Of a stretch of DNA of 64,000 nt, positions 19,608-30,558 are shown in pieces; the stretch's first letter is position 1; every line of letters starts with the position of its first letter. The translations under genes and the position numbers were made by a program. The stretch comes from an uncultured cyanobacterium (GTDB lineage: Bacteria > Cyanobacteriota > Cyanobacteriia > Cyanobacteriales > Nostocaceae), in assembly GCA_963706595.1 (NCBI GenBank), contig OY970166.1:1632001-1696000 (forward strand), in the 5' to 3' direction. Below the pieces are notes generated by a model that saw only the letters and a list, made by a program, of their open reading frames with translations, was not told the DNA's origin and ran no database searches.

Positions 19608-19941
19608 ATCAATCTGTACTTGCATCTAAAATTGCTCAGGAATTATGCGCCAAATCCTTGATTTTCGCCTGCATCAGTCCTGAACTGCTATGTGTTTTTG
19701 GTTTGATTTTTAGCCAGTTGCAGTGAAGTGGTGATCTCGTGCTGTAACTACCTGTATCAACCATTTAGAGGCGTTCTACAGCGCGACGATCAGCAACTGG
19801 CAATTGTGTGGGATTTCTGAGACTAGAGGTATTTTATCCCTCAGACTACGAAGCTGTTTGTCTCAGTGACCCGGCTGATATATTTATTAAAACTGCAATA
19901 GGCAAATTTTGTCTGCCAAATTGCCATAATGTCAAACAGCA

Positions 19942-19984
19942 GTGGGGAGTGGGGAGTGGGGAGTGGGGAGTGGGGAGTGGGGGA
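19942..19984. repeat. STRR heptamer tandem (GGGGAGT)n
   Basis: Tandem 7-mers; further copies at ~34398-34428 and ~35631-35690. Confidence 0.9.
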
Positions 19985-20215
19985 GAAGAGGAATGGTTGT
20001 GAAGTAACCGGAAGTTTAAAATAATTTCTTACTCCCCCTTGCTCCCTGCGCCCTGCTCCCCTGCTTCTTCTGGGGAGTGGGTTAAAAGCCGAATGAAGTT
20101 TGATTATCCGTTTATGTCTTACTATAAGTGAGATACAAGAACCCCACCCCCAACCCCCTCCCCGCAAGCGAGGAGGGGGCTATGATTTACTTCATTGAAG
20201 TGCATACCGCTAGAT

Positions 20216-21157
20216 TTACGCAAAGAATAATAATCCAATGCCGATGATGGCAATAATTACGCCTGCGATCGCGCGCCAACTAACTTTCTCACCAATGCAC
20301 ATAGCAATAGGAATCACAAATATGGGACTAGTCTGGAGTAAGGTGGAGGCAATTCCGGCGGCTGTGAATTTAATTGCTGTTTGTTGTAGCCAAATGCCTA
20401 AGTAAGTGCCACAAAAAGCCGCAAAGCAAGCGGCAAAAATGATTCTCTTAGTTTGCTGGTTGGGTGAGGGTAGTGCTTGCGCCTCACGCTTGGGTAAGCA
20501 TATCCACCCGAAAAGAATCAATTCGGCTGCACCTAAACGCAATAAGGCAGCCCAGAGTGGGGTAATGCTGCCAGTAGTAAATGCTACGCGAGAGATGACT
20601 GTACCAATGGCATTGGCGATCGCAGCTAATAAGCCTAAGCCAATACCTCGCCATAGGTGCGCGGGTGAATGATCGCTGCTACCGGGAACTCTTTCTGTGA
20701 CTACCCAAGCCACTCCCAAAATCGTGATCAAAATTCCACACCAAGCGGTGGTATTTATACTTTCTTTCAGCCAAATCATGGCCGCGATCGCAGTCATGGG
20801 CGGCGCAAGAGTACCGATGAGTAAAACACGCCGTGCGCCCAAGTAATTAATCGCCCCCAAAAAAGCCGTATCACCCCAGCTAATCCCAATCACCCCACTC
20901 AAGCACAGCAGCAAAATTGGCTTGGGGGCGGAGATGGGCAAGGATTCGCCTGTTAGTAAAATGGTGAAAATCAGCAAGGCGATCGCCACTATTCCTTTGA
21001 GTAAGTTTAAGCGTAGCGGCGGAATCTGCTGCCCCACAATCCCATATACCACCGATGCGATCGCCCATAAACCAGCAGCAGCTAAAGCGGCTAATTCACC
21101 TCTGCCATTTATTAAGAAATTATTAAAAATATAATTTCCCCCTGAAATAATCCGCAA
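20216..21157 (-). CDS. DMT/EamA family transporter
   Basis: ~10 hydrophobic segments, duplicated EamA pattern; start uncertain. Confidence 0.85.
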   Translation of the reverse strand: MRIISGGNYIFNNFLINGRGELAALAAAGLWAIASVVYGIVGQQIPPLRLNLLKGIVAIALLIFTILLTGESLPISAPKPILLLCLSGVIGISWGDTAFLGAINYLGARRVLLIGTLAPPMTAIAAMIWLKESINTTAWCGILITILGVAWVVTERVPGSSDHSPAHLWRGIGLGLLAAIANAIGTVISRVAFTTGSITPLWAALLRLGAAELILFGWICLPKREAQALPSPNQQTKRIIFAACFAAFCGTYLGIWLQQTAIKFTAAGIASTLLQTSPIFVIPIAMCIGEKVSWRAIAGVIIAIIGIGLLFFA

Positions 21158-21194
21158 AAATCTTTAATAATACAGATAAATAACCTAAATAATT

Positions 21195-21221
21195 ATAGCA
21201 CTCGCTGGCTGAGAGTGCTAA
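21195..21221. promoter_or_regulatory. CIRCE element (HrcA operator)
   Basis: ATAGCACTC-N9-GAGTGCTAA; 17 of 18 positions match TTAGCACTC-N9-GAGTGCTAA with exact spacing. Confidence 0.8.
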
Positions 21222-21354
21222 TCTACCAAAAAAGAATATTGCCAGTTCATCGGCAAAAAATAGTGTTTCTAAATAGCTTTAGAGGTTCTTGCTAAAAATT
21301 TCACAGCAGCATAAAGATTTTCACCACAACTGATTAATCATTGGGAGGACTGGA

Positions 21355-21699
21355 ATGAAATATACTTTTGATATTGTCGGTGTATCTCCTGTTTGGCAAT
21401 TTTTTAGTCAACAGCAACAGGTCATAAACCAAGCAAACAGAGGCGGGGTAGAATATTTAAGTACCCATAGATGTACATTGGATGCCTTGTTAGAAACTGT
21501 GGAACCGCTACCAATTAAATTGGGTTGGAATACAGAACAAGTCAGAGATACTGTAGTGCAGTTTTGGTTAAACAACGCCGAGACTATTCGTTATTGGAAA
21601 GTCCGATTAATTGATGCTGGTAATGAGAATATACTCGTAGCTAGACTGGCAGACATGACCTCTTTACAAGCTGAATTTGAATCTTTATTCGGTAAATAG
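21355..21699 (+). CDS. Hypothetical protein
   Basis: 114-aa ORF with strong SD GGAGG. Confidence 0.75.
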   Translation: MKYTFDIVGVSPVWQFFSQQQQVINQANRGGVEYLSTHRCTLDALLETVEPLPIKLGWNTEQVRDTVVQFWLNNAETIRYWKVRLIDAGNENILVARLADMTSLQAEFESLFGK

Positions 21700-21729
21700 A
21701 TGGGGGAGGGGGTTAATTTAAAATAGCCC

Positions 21730-22572
21730 CTACTGCCCCAACTCTCTAATATTGTTCATGACTTGTTTATATAAGTCATTGTTATTTTGTTGTTGAAAAA
21801 TGCCTGCGGCTTGTTGCAAGTCTTGGAGCGCGCCTTGTTTGTCTCCCTGAGTCGCACGAGCATTTCCGCGATTATTGTAGGCGGGGCCAAAAGTGGAATT
21901 GAGACGAATGGCTTGATTGTAATCGGCGATCGCACCCTGTTGATCTCCTTGAGCCGCGCGGGCATTGCCTCGGTTATTGTAAGCAATGGCATAGCGAGAA
22001 TCGAGGCTAATGGCTTGATTGAAGTCCTGGAGCGCCCCTTCATTGTCTCCTTGGGCGGCGCGAGCATTTCCGCGATTATTATAGGCTTCCGCATAGCTAG
22101 GAGAGAGGCGAATGGCTTCGTTATAATCGGCGATCGCCCGTTGGTGATCTCCTAGAGAAGCGAGAGAATTTCCCCGACTATTGTAGGCTTCCGCATCGTC
22201 AGGAGAAAGATTAAGAGCTTGATTGTAATCAGCGATCGCTCTTTGCTTGTCCCCCGCATCAAAGTAAGCTAGTCCCCGACTCTTATAGGCTGGGGCATAA
22301 TTTGCATCTGCATCAATAACTTTAGTATAGGTAGCGATCGCACCTTGCAAGTCACCTCTGAGGTGTTGATTCTTTCCCTGAACATAGAGATTACCAGATG
22401 CAGATGTTTGAGCTATCCGATTATTAGGAGGACTAATCCCAATTTCTGTTACCAATACATCTTTGTTTTGACTACAAGAAAGGCTGGTAATTGCACTCAA
22501 CGCAGTCACCACAGCTATAGTCAATGTTCTCTTCACCTTCACCTGTTCTTGCTCAAATAGCCGCAGTTTCAT
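21730..22572 (-). CDS. TPR-repeat lipoprotein
   Basis: Lipobox SLSC; repeated AYNNRGNARA...AIADYNQAI TPRs. Confidence 0.9.
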   Translation of the reverse strand: MKLRLFEQEQVKVKRTLTIAVVTALSAITSLSCSQNKDVLVTEIGISPPNNRIAQTSASGNLYVQGKNQHLRGDLQGAIATYTKVIDADANYAPAYKSRGLAYFDAGDKQRAIADYNQALNLSPDDAEAYNSRGNSLASLGDHQRAIADYNEAIRLSPSYAEAYNNRGNARAAQGDNEGALQDFNQAISLDSRYAIAYNNRGNARAAQGDQQGAIADYNQAIRLNSTFGPAYNNRGNARATQGDKQGALQDLQQAAGIFQQQNNNDLYKQVMNNIRELGQ

Positions 22573-22870
22573 AAGTCACCTTAAATCGTCATTACACCTG
22601 GATTACAATTAGCACTAAATTTAGTTGCCCTTACCCTTATCTAAACTTTCTTACCTCATATATTTTAAATTAAATCAATGTTAAGAAATTCAATTAGTCA
22701 TGAAACATAAGTATATTTATCTGGGATGAATTATCTATTTGTTAGTGAATCATATTCTAGAGAAATATCGGAAATTTTTCTGTTTTTCCTGATACTTTAT
22801 GCAGAATTGCTTGTTAGAATCGAAAGTTTAATTAATCTTAAATTTTCTGAAAAAAATTTGCTTAACCTAT

Positions 22871-23791
22871 TTACTCCTGCGGCTGATCATGCTCTTGATT
22901 TTTGGTAGACAGTCGCCAGGATGTAGTTGTGTCAATATCCACAGACAATTGCTGCAAATTCTCACCTAAATCTTTTTGAATTTTCTGAGTCAGTGTGATG
23001 GGAAAATCTAAACCTACATCTTGGTTTTGTACCAGTTTAACTAACTCCGTAAATGGCACTTTTACCGTTTGACGCTCATAACTAGTTAACTTACAAACAG
23101 AGGTTTCCATGACATTTTGAGCCTGCATAGCTTTTTTTAAACGTTCTTGCAGATGCTCATATTCTGATTTTAACAACTGCCAATGTTCTGACAATTCTGT
23201 ATATCTAGCATCGAGTCTAGTTAAATCTTCTCTTTTGGGGTCTGGGTTACTTGCTACCTGTAATTCTAATAACTGCAAATGTACTTGAGCTAGATAAATA
23301 CAATCCAAGTAAGCATATTCAATCTGCCCTTCAGTTAAAGGTCGCCTGCCCCAATCACTGCTTTGCTCCTGTTTATCAATATAATTAAATCTGCACAGTG
23401 CCGTCGCTAAAGTTTTCAGTTGATAGTTAGGTATTGGTAAAATATAATAGGGTATTTTCTGAGCTATTTCTAAAGTGCAAGTGATATTTGTCGCTTTCTT
23501 CTTACCCAGAAACTTGAGATCATAATTGGCATTGTGAAATACCTTCTCAATATCAGGATTTTCCATAATTTGCTCAATAAATTCATCCACCAAATCAGGC
23601 TGATTCAGCACATCTAAAAGAGCAACACGCTCGCCACTCATATCTGTAGGATCATCTAATACCTGAATCAGTGACAGTCGCGGATGACGAGATTTATAAT
23701 CAGCCACTTCTGTATCAATCCACAAAGTTTTGCCATTGGTATATTCAGCGACTTTGGCACGAATATTACTAACAGAATTTAAGTATGGCAT
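22871..23791 (-). CDS. DEDDy 3'-5' exonuclease (RNase D-like)
   Basis: IDTE, FHNANYD, SDWGRRPL..QIEYAYLD motifs. Confidence 0.85.
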   Translation of the reverse strand: MPYLNSVSNIRAKVAEYTNGKTLWIDTEVADYKSRHPRLSLIQVLDDPTDMSGERVALLDVLNQPDLVDEFIEQIMENPDIEKVFHNANYDLKFLGKKKATNITCTLEIAQKIPYYILPIPNYQLKTLATALCRFNYIDKQEQSSDWGRRPLTEGQIEYAYLDCIYLAQVHLQLLELQVASNPDPKREDLTRLDARYTELSEHWQLLKSEYEHLQERLKKAMQAQNVMETSVCKLTSYERQTVKVPFTELVKLVQNQDVGLDFPITLTQKIQKDLGENLQQLSVDIDTTTSWRLSTKNQEHDQPQE

Positions 23792-23893
23792 GAGCGAATA
23801 TTTCCTGATCCTTGAGTAAGATAAAGTTAATCCCAGTTTTCTAAATTAACATTTTGCATATCCACGCTGATACCTTGAGCGGTTGATATACGC

Positions 23894-25429
23894 ATGAAAA
23901 CAGATTATCTCATCTTAGGTAGTGGCTTGTCAGCATTGGTATTTGGCTCACTGATGGCTAAATCTGGCCATAAAGTTCAAATCTTGGAAGTTCATGAACA
24001 TCCGGGAGGATTTGGACACACCTTTACGATGGCAAAAAAATATAAATTCAATGCCCAATTACATTACGTTTGGGATTGTGGCGAAGGACATACCGTGAAT
24101 CGTGTCTTGAAAAAACTCAACTTAGATCAAGATGTCACCTTTACTCGCTATGATCCTGAAGGTTTTGATCACATGAGAATGCCGGGTTACTCATTAGATA
24201 TTCCTTCTGAACCCGCAGAGTTAATTCGACGGCTATCTGCTCTTTTTCCCCAAGATGCTGAACAGATAAGTAAATTTGTCTGGGAAGTGCAAAAAGTTAG
24301 TCGGGGACTCAAGAAGTTATCACCGCCAATGATTCCGGCGGAAATCTTCGCACATCTGGGTGAAGTATCCAGTGCTGTTATGTATCTCAACAGTACGCTG
24401 CAAGATGTATTCGACAAATTCCAATTACCGCCAGCAGCACAAACTCTTTTAGCACTGCAATGGCCTGATTTTCTATTACCTCCAAATCAACTCTCTTTTT
24501 ACGCTTGGGTAATTTTATTTACTGGATATCAACAAGGTGCATTCTACCCCGAACAGCATTTTGATCATGTGATCAATTCATTGGTTAAGGTAATTGAGGA
24601 TAATGGCGGCGAAGTTTTGTTAAATCAGGAAGTTACTGATTTTGAACTCATCAACAAAACTATCACTAAAGTTCAAGCAATTGATAGAATCACCCATCAA
24701 AAGCGTGAATTCACTGGGGAAAATATTATCTGCAATATAGATCCTCAAAAAGCTGCTCAGATGATTGGAGTAGAAAAGTTTTCCAGCAAGGTACGCCGTA
24801 AACTTAATTATGAATATTCACCTTCAAATTTTATGGCTTACTGCGTTGTCAAAGATATTGATCTCCGCGACTACGGATTTGGAAAATGGAATATCTTTCA
24901 TACCAGTCATGATAACTTGAATACAGCATTTGCTCAGATGTATGAAAAGCATGATTTTTCTGCTCCTAGTTTTGCCATAACAACACCTTCTTTAATCACA
25001 GCGCAGCCAGACTGTCCAGAAGGATGTCAAATTATCGAGTTTTTGACAGTTGCTAATTATGATTACTTTAAACAACTTAAAGATACGGATGTCAAGGCTT
25101 ATAGACAGAAAAAAGCCGAAATCTTAGATGCGATTTTAGATGTCGTCGAAAAACACTATATTCCCAATATTAGAAACCATCTTGTTTTTAAAATCACTGG
25201 AAGTCCCACAACAAATGAAAGATATTGTTGGTGTCCCCAAGGAAATTCCTATGGTTCCAATCTCACACCTCGCAATATGGGTATTGGTAGACTGAATTAC
25301 CAGACATCTTTAAAAAACTTCTACTTTTGTAATGCTTCATCTGGCTATCCAGGGTTTGCGCCGACATTTTGGACTGGAGCAAGTTTATATCAAAAGTTAT
25401 CAGGAGATGCAATTTTACCAAAAGGTTAA
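23894..25429 (+). CDS. Phytoene desaturase-family FAD oxidoreductase
   Basis: GSGLSAL...LEVHEHPGG dinucleotide fold; SPTTNERY..GNSYG. Confidence 0.75.
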   Translation: MKTDYLILGSGLSALVFGSLMAKSGHKVQILEVHEHPGGFGHTFTMAKKYKFNAQLHYVWDCGEGHTVNRVLKKLNLDQDVTFTRYDPEGFDHMRMPGYSLDIPSEPAELIRRLSALFPQDAEQISKFVWEVQKVSRGLKKLSPPMIPAEIFAHLGEVSSAVMYLNSTLQDVFDKFQLPPAAQTLLALQWPDFLLPPNQLSFYAWVILFTGYQQGAFYPEQHFDHVINSLVKVIEDNGGEVLLNQEVTDFELINKTITKVQAIDRITHQKREFTGENIICNIDPQKAAQMIGVEKFSSKVRRKLNYEYSPSNFMAYCVVKDIDLRDYGFGKWNIFHTSHDNLNTAFAQMYEKHDFSAPSFAITTPSLITAQPDCPEGCQIIEFLTVANYDYFKQLKDTDVKAYRQKKAEILDAILDVVEKHYIPNIRNHLVFKITGSPTTNERYCWCPQGNSYGSNLTPRNMGIGRLNYQTSLKNFYFCNASSGYPGFAPTFWTGASLYQKLSGDAILPKG

Positions 25430-25515
25430 TAAAATAGATCCCCGACTTCTCCGAGAAGTCGGGGATTTGAGCCTCGTCATTTTTTCAAATCATCCCATTA
25501 ATTTGGTAATGAGAT

Positions 25516-26739
25516 ATGAAAATAGCGATTATTGGGGGCGGAGCTAGTGGTATGGTGACAGCATATCTGCTCAATAAACATGGTCATGAAGTCACAGTCT
25601 TAGAAAAACAACCGATTTTAGGTGGACATATTCGGACATTAAATAAAAACGTTAAACCCAATCAATCAGACTGTGATCAAATTTTAGAATGTGGTGTGCT
25701 GGAATTTCCCTGTGCATTTCATAACTTTCTCAAATTAATGCAAGAGCTAGAAGTAGAATTAGAAGCTGTTGATATTGCTTCAGGATTGTTTCTGCAAGAT
25801 GGTCGTCATTTGCTGTCAGCGTTGATGATCCACAAGAATTTTACAGGAATACAGCATTTAATTGAATTTTTTAAACTCAATGCCCTCTATACTGGTGCTA
25901 TTAAATTATCGATAAAAACGCATTTTATCCCTAAGCAAAATCTAGTAAATCAGCCACTTTCCCAATATTTGCCCCAAAAATCTCTCCGAAATTATTGGTT
26001 AAAACTATTGGTGATGTATAGTTATTCCATGCCCTTTGAGTTAATTGATAATTGCCCCTTAGAACTGGTAATTCCTACACTGCGAGACTATATATTTGTC
26101 AAATGGGTGAGGATAAAAGGCGGGGTGTATTCCTATATTGAAAAAATCTTATCCCGCTTTCAGGGAAGAATTTGGCTCAATGTTAAAATTGCTGGTATTA
26201 TTAGACAAAATGATGCCGTTGAAATCAGGTTAACGGATGGTGTAACCCATATTTTTGACAAAGTTGTTTTAGCGACACCACCTGATCAGGTGATGAAATT
26301 ATTATCTGATCCGACAAATGAAGAGATTAAACGGTTTTCAGCATGGCAAAAAAACCAAGCCACAACAATTATACATACAGACACTTCAATACATACTAGA
26401 TACGGCATCAAACAAGGTGCAGAATTTGGTTTTTTCCAAACAGAACAAGGATGGGGGTATAATGCTTATCTCAACCAGCTATGCGGAATATCATCACCTC
26501 CTGAATACAGCTTGGCTTTTAACCTAGATCATGTGATCGCTGAGGATAAAATTCTGCACAGACAGTCACACCACACACCTCTGTACACAGTAGATTCCTT
26601 TAAATACAGAAACGAAATTATCAGCAGCAATGGCGAAAATAATACCTACCATGCGGGAGCTTACCTTGGAGATGGATTGCATGAAGGAGCTATCATATCT
26701 GCAATGCGAGTTGCTCAATTAATTCCTCAGCGTTGCTAA
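25516..26739 (+). CDS. FAD-dependent oxidoreductase (amine oxidase-like)
   Basis: IAIIGGGASG, LGGH, AGAYLGDGLHEGA. Confidence 0.8.
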   Translation: MKIAIIGGGASGMVTAYLLNKHGHEVTVLEKQPILGGHIRTLNKNVKPNQSDCDQILECGVLEFPCAFHNFLKLMQELEVELEAVDIASGLFLQDGRHLLSALMIHKNFTGIQHLIEFFKLNALYTGAIKLSIKTHFIPKQNLVNQPLSQYLPQKSLRNYWLKLLVMYSYSMPFELIDNCPLELVIPTLRDYIFVKWVRIKGGVYSYIEKILSRFQGRIWLNVKIAGIIRQNDAVEIRLTDGVTHIFDKVVLATPPDQVMKLLSDPTNEEIKRFSAWQKNQATTIIHTDTSIHTRYGIKQGAEFGFFQTEQGWGYNAYLNQLCGISSPPEYSLAFNLDHVIAEDKILHRQSHHTPLYTVDSFKYRNEIISSNGENNTYHAGAYLGDGLHEGAIISAMRVAQLIPQRC

Positions 26740-26819
26740 AACCAAGTATGAATTTACAGCAGTTTTTATGTATTTCAACCACAATTATTAGACCTAACCC
26801 CCAGCCCCTTCCCTACAAG

Positions 26820-26974
26820 CTACGGTGTACACACAAGTCTTAAAATTCTCTTTTGTGTCATAAGACCCCACCCCTAACCCCTCCCCGCAAGCGAGGAGGG
26901 GAACAAGATTTAAGCAGAAATCTTGTTTTTAGGACTGGAAACTGTCTTTAATCCAGGATGTGTGTACACCGTAG
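26820..26974. mobile_element. 155-bp MITE with TIRs and target duplication
   Basis: TIR CTACGGTGTACACAC / GTGTGTACACCGTAG; flanked by CTTCCCTACAAG direct repeats; inverted homolog at 30267-30421. Confidence 0.85.
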
Positions 26975-27152
26975 CTTCCCTACAAGGGAAGGGGGGTCAA
27001 TCAAAGCCTCTCTCCTTGCAGGAGAGAGGTTTGGAGAGAGGTCGGTTTGTGGTCTATTTACCTGAAAATAGCTGTAAATGTAGAGACGTGACATGGAAGG
27101 TCTCTACAATGGTTATGGGAAACGCACATTTAATTCTCACCAGATGTCTAAT

Positions 27153-28010
27153 CTATTGAGGCGTGGCGCTGCGAGGGGGAACAGAAACTACCTTTTTAGC
27201 TAAACCCAAAGTCTGCAAAAGTTTAATACTCCACCAAGTTAGATCAATTTCCCACCAAGATAATCCGGATTTCGCCATGTGGGGATAAGTGTGATGGTTA
27301 TTGTGCCAGCCTTCTCCGTAAGTTACCAGGGATACCCACCAAAGATTACGTGCGCCATCATTGGCCTCAAAGGTGCGATAACCCCACAGGTGTGATGCTG
27401 AGTTGACAAACCAAGTGGAATGCCACAGTAAGACAGACCTCAGAAATGTGCCATAAATTACAAATGACCAACCGCCTAAGACATACAGCAGCACACCGAG
27501 GGGAATTTGCAAAAGCACGAAGTAGCGATCCAGCCAGCGATAGTAAGGTTCTCGTGCTAAATCAGGCGCATATTTTTGATATGACTGATAGTCAAAAAAC
27601 TCAGTCCGGGGGTAAAAAATCCACAACATATGACTCCACCAAAATCCTCGCTGGGCGGAGTATGGATCTAGGTTGATATCTTCTGTGTGGGCGTGATGCT
27701 GGCGGTGTCCACCTACCCAAAAAATCGGACCTCCTTGTAAAGCCAACGCTCCAATTGTGGCGATCGCATATTCTAACCACTTAGGTACTTGAAAACTTTT
27801 ATGGCTCAGTAGTCGATGATATCCTAGACAAATACCAATGCTCCCGAATAACCAGTGGAGAAACACCAACACACCTAATGCTGACCAAGAGAAAAACCAA
27901 GGCGCGAGGAGCGCTAAGGCATGAAAAGCCCCAAAAAATGCCACATTCACCCAGCTTAGACGAGGTAAATTTTCTTTCTCAGCAGTCAACGCCATAAATT
28001 TCGCAGTCAT
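27153..28010 (-). CDS. desC: Delta-9 type acyl-lipid desaturase
   Basis: Histidine boxes YHRLLSH, HRQHH, WHNNHH; start taken at MTAKF. Confidence 0.85.
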   Translation of the reverse strand: MTAKFMALTAEKENLPRLSWVNVAFFGAFHALALLAPWFFSWSALGVLVFLHWLFGSIGICLGYHRLLSHKSFQVPKWLEYAIATIGALALQGGPIFWVGGHRQHHAHTEDINLDPYSAQRGFWWSHMLWIFYPRTEFFDYQSYQKYAPDLAREPYYRWLDRYFVLLQIPLGVLLYVLGGWSFVIYGTFLRSVLLWHSTWFVNSASHLWGYRTFEANDGARNLWWVSLVTYGEGWHNNHHTYPHMAKSGLSWWEIDLTWWSIKLLQTLGLAKKVVSVPPRSATPQ

Positions 28011-28088
28011 AAAAATTCCTATTGATAAATGTTTAAGCGATTTACTATTTCTGGATGCAATCTCGGTCTGCACAGCAGTTAGAGAAAA

Positions 28089-28151
28089 GCAAGTGTTACT
28101 TACATTTATAATGCTAACAGCCCAATGGTTTTTGTGCAAGTGCTACTTGCA
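28089..28151. promoter_or_regulatory. Two palindromes GCAAGT-N3-ACTT(A/G)C, candidate TetR operators
   Basis: 28089-28103 and 28135-28151 (TGCAAGTGCTACTTGCA) between the divergent desaturase and tetR. Confidence 0.6.
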
Positions 28152-28160
28152 TTATTTTTT

Positions 28161-29377
28161 ATGACATCTCAACCAATTTCAGCTCGTCAACGTTTGATTG
28201 AATCAGCACTAGAGTTATTTACCTTGCAGGGAGTGAGCGCCACCACAACCCGCCAAATCGCTGAAAAAGCTGAAGTCAACGAAGTTACGTTATTCCGAAA
28301 TTTTGGGAATAAGCATGGGCTATTGTTGTCTGTGCTGGAAGAATCCGCAGCTTTGAAGAATTTAGGAGAGTCGCTGGTGCAAAGGGCTACTCCTGCTGGT
28401 GACATCCACCAAGCACTGAAAGATTATGCAAGCAACACTTTACACGCATTGGAACGGATACCGGAGTTAGTTCGCTCTGTGGTGGGTGAGGCTAACCAGT
28501 ACCCGATGGAAAATCGCCGCGCTTTGGGACGTGGGTTAACTGAAGCTAATCGCTATGTAGCTGAGTATTTAACCACTGTCATCCAGCCAGGAGATTTAAA
28601 TACCGATCTCCCCACCGAAAAATTAGCTAGTTTACTCAATGGAATGATTTTGGGGTATGCGGTAATTGAATTTACCACTGAATTTAACGAGCTTTGGGTG
28701 GATCGGGATGATTTTTTGGAGAATTTAGTTGAGTTGTTTTTACACGGTGCGATGTCAGCTTCCGGGACATCAGCACAGTTCGAGAAAATGTGCAGGAAGT
28801 GGCTGATTTACCTGTGGGTTTAGTTCACCAAATTTTGCACCAAGCCAAGAAGTTGGGAACACAAGATTATGCTTTGGCTTATGTGTTATTTGGTGCTGGT
28901 TTATCTGCGAAAGAAATTGTCAGTTTGCAGCAAAGCCACCAAATCTGTGATGTTTCTGGACATTTTCTGCAAATTACCACGCCAGAATTTCGCCGCCAAG
29001 TGCCTGTTAATCAGTGGATTCTGGGTAAACGCTATGGTTCTTACAGCAATAATCCTTTAATTAAATGGCTGAAAAGTCGTAAAGATGATCAACCTGCGAT
29101 GTTTCTCAGCGAAACGGGCGCAGCGATGACAGAATCAGATTTATTGCCACATTGGCAACGATGGACAGAGGGATTGTTAACGCCTCAAGGAGAACCGCCT
29201 GCGATCGCCCAAACACAACATACTTGGTGTGTAGAAATGTTAATGCGGGGGATGAGTTGGGAAAATTTGACGATTCTGACTGGTTGCGATCGCACCCAAT
29301 TACAATTATATGCCCAAAGAGCCAAAGAAAAAGCCGCCCTAGAGCAAGCAAATCGTTTAGATCATAAGCCTACATAG
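28161..29377 (+). pseudogene. TetR regulator fused to a recombinase-fold-like C-terminal domain, split by an apparent frameshift near 28770-28790
   Basis: TetR HTH (ATTTRQIAEKAEVNEVTLFRNFG) in 28161-28823; overlapping ORF 28790-29377 in another frame with DYALAYVLFGAGLSAKEI and HTWCVEML boxes. Confidence 0.6.
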
Positions 29378-29859
29378 TGTGATTTCCTACTGATTAATCT
29401 ATCTATTAGCTGATACTTTGATAATTTTTATTCCCAATGTGTAATGTTAGAAACATTGCCACTTTAGCTATGAATATTTATAATCAATCTAACCACTTTA
29501 ACAACCTCCATGAAACCCAATTTTTTCTGGTTATATTTTCAGTAAATTCGCCGAAATAAACCTAGCTATATCTGGATAAAATTAACAGTTTACAGTGATC
29601 ATACAATCACCCATATTCAATAGCAACTATGTTGCATATAGGTTGCACTTGCATAGCAATCAGTTTATTCTCTGTAAATAAATAATGTAACTCTATAGTA
29701 GTATTGAGCGAAATTGAGGTATGCACAGTCAATAAACATCTCATATTTTAATTCGCGATTAAACTCACAGAGTTACAGTGAAATTTAAAACTCTGAAACT
29801 CTAGTGCATAAAGCATTCCAGATAATTGGAATCATAGAAAAATATAAGAGCTTGCTGGC

Positions 29860-30183
29860 ATGAAACTATCGAAGCTAGATCCACTTATCCCGCTCACAGA
29901 ATTAAAAGAAAAACTCATGAAATTGCCCAAAGATTATTCCTTGCATGAGGATGAGTTAATCGAGTTTCTATCCCAACGAAGATGGCCTGATAGCAATCGG
30001 CGCATTGATCGCACAACATTCTGGCGGTGGAGAACTGACAACAAAATCGAGCATCAAAAAGTATTCAGCAGATTAGATATTTTCAAACTTTGCCAAATTT
30101 GCGACCACTACCGATTAGATGGAACTCGCAATGAATACTTGGAGATAGTTAACCATCAAAAAGAGTTGTCTGTCAAAAAGTAA
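29860..30183 (+). CDS. Hypothetical, possibly DNA-binding protein
   Basis: 107 aa; IDRTTFWRWR resembles an HTH recognition helix. Confidence 0.65.
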   Translation: MKLSKLDPLIPLTELKEKLMKLPKDYSLHEDELIEFLSQRRWPDSNRRIDRTTFWRWRTDNKIEHQKVFSRLDIFKLCQICDHYRLDGTRNEYLEIVNHQKELSVKK

Positions 30184-30214
30184 AAAACTTTTCTCCCCTC
30201 TCCTTACTCAGGAA

Positions 30215-30558
30215 CCATCCTGTACACACAAGTGATCTAATCCCCCTCTAACTCCCCCTTAGTAAGCTACAGTGTACACACATCCTGAGTCAAAGAGAGT
30301 TTCCAGCCCTAAAAACAAAATTTCTGATTCAATCTTGTTCCCCTCCTCGCTTGCGGGGAGGGGCTAGGGGTGGGGTCTTATGACCCAAAAGAAAATTTCC
30401 CGACTTGTGTGTACACCGTAGCTTAGTAAGGGGGAGAACCGAATTTTCCCCCCTAAACCCCTTCGGGGATGCGCCTTCGGCGTAGTGCAAGGGGGGATTA
30501 AGGGAAGTAAATTCCGGGTCTGTAGTTGATTGATTGCCAAGATGTGTGTACACGATAG
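30215..30558. mobile_element. Nested MITEs (outer 30215-30558, inner 30267-30421)
   Basis: Inner element flanked by CTTAGTAAG repeats; outer flanked by TTACTCAGGAA repeats; both have TGTACACAC-type TIRs. Confidence 0.8.

Noticed and set aside
19808..20167. ORFs with GVGSGEW / PHSP repeats
   Set aside because: Translations of STRR heptamers and REP-like DNA
26923..27159. 78-aa ORF (and the similar 30329-30553 ORF)
   Set aside because: Lies within nested repeat elements
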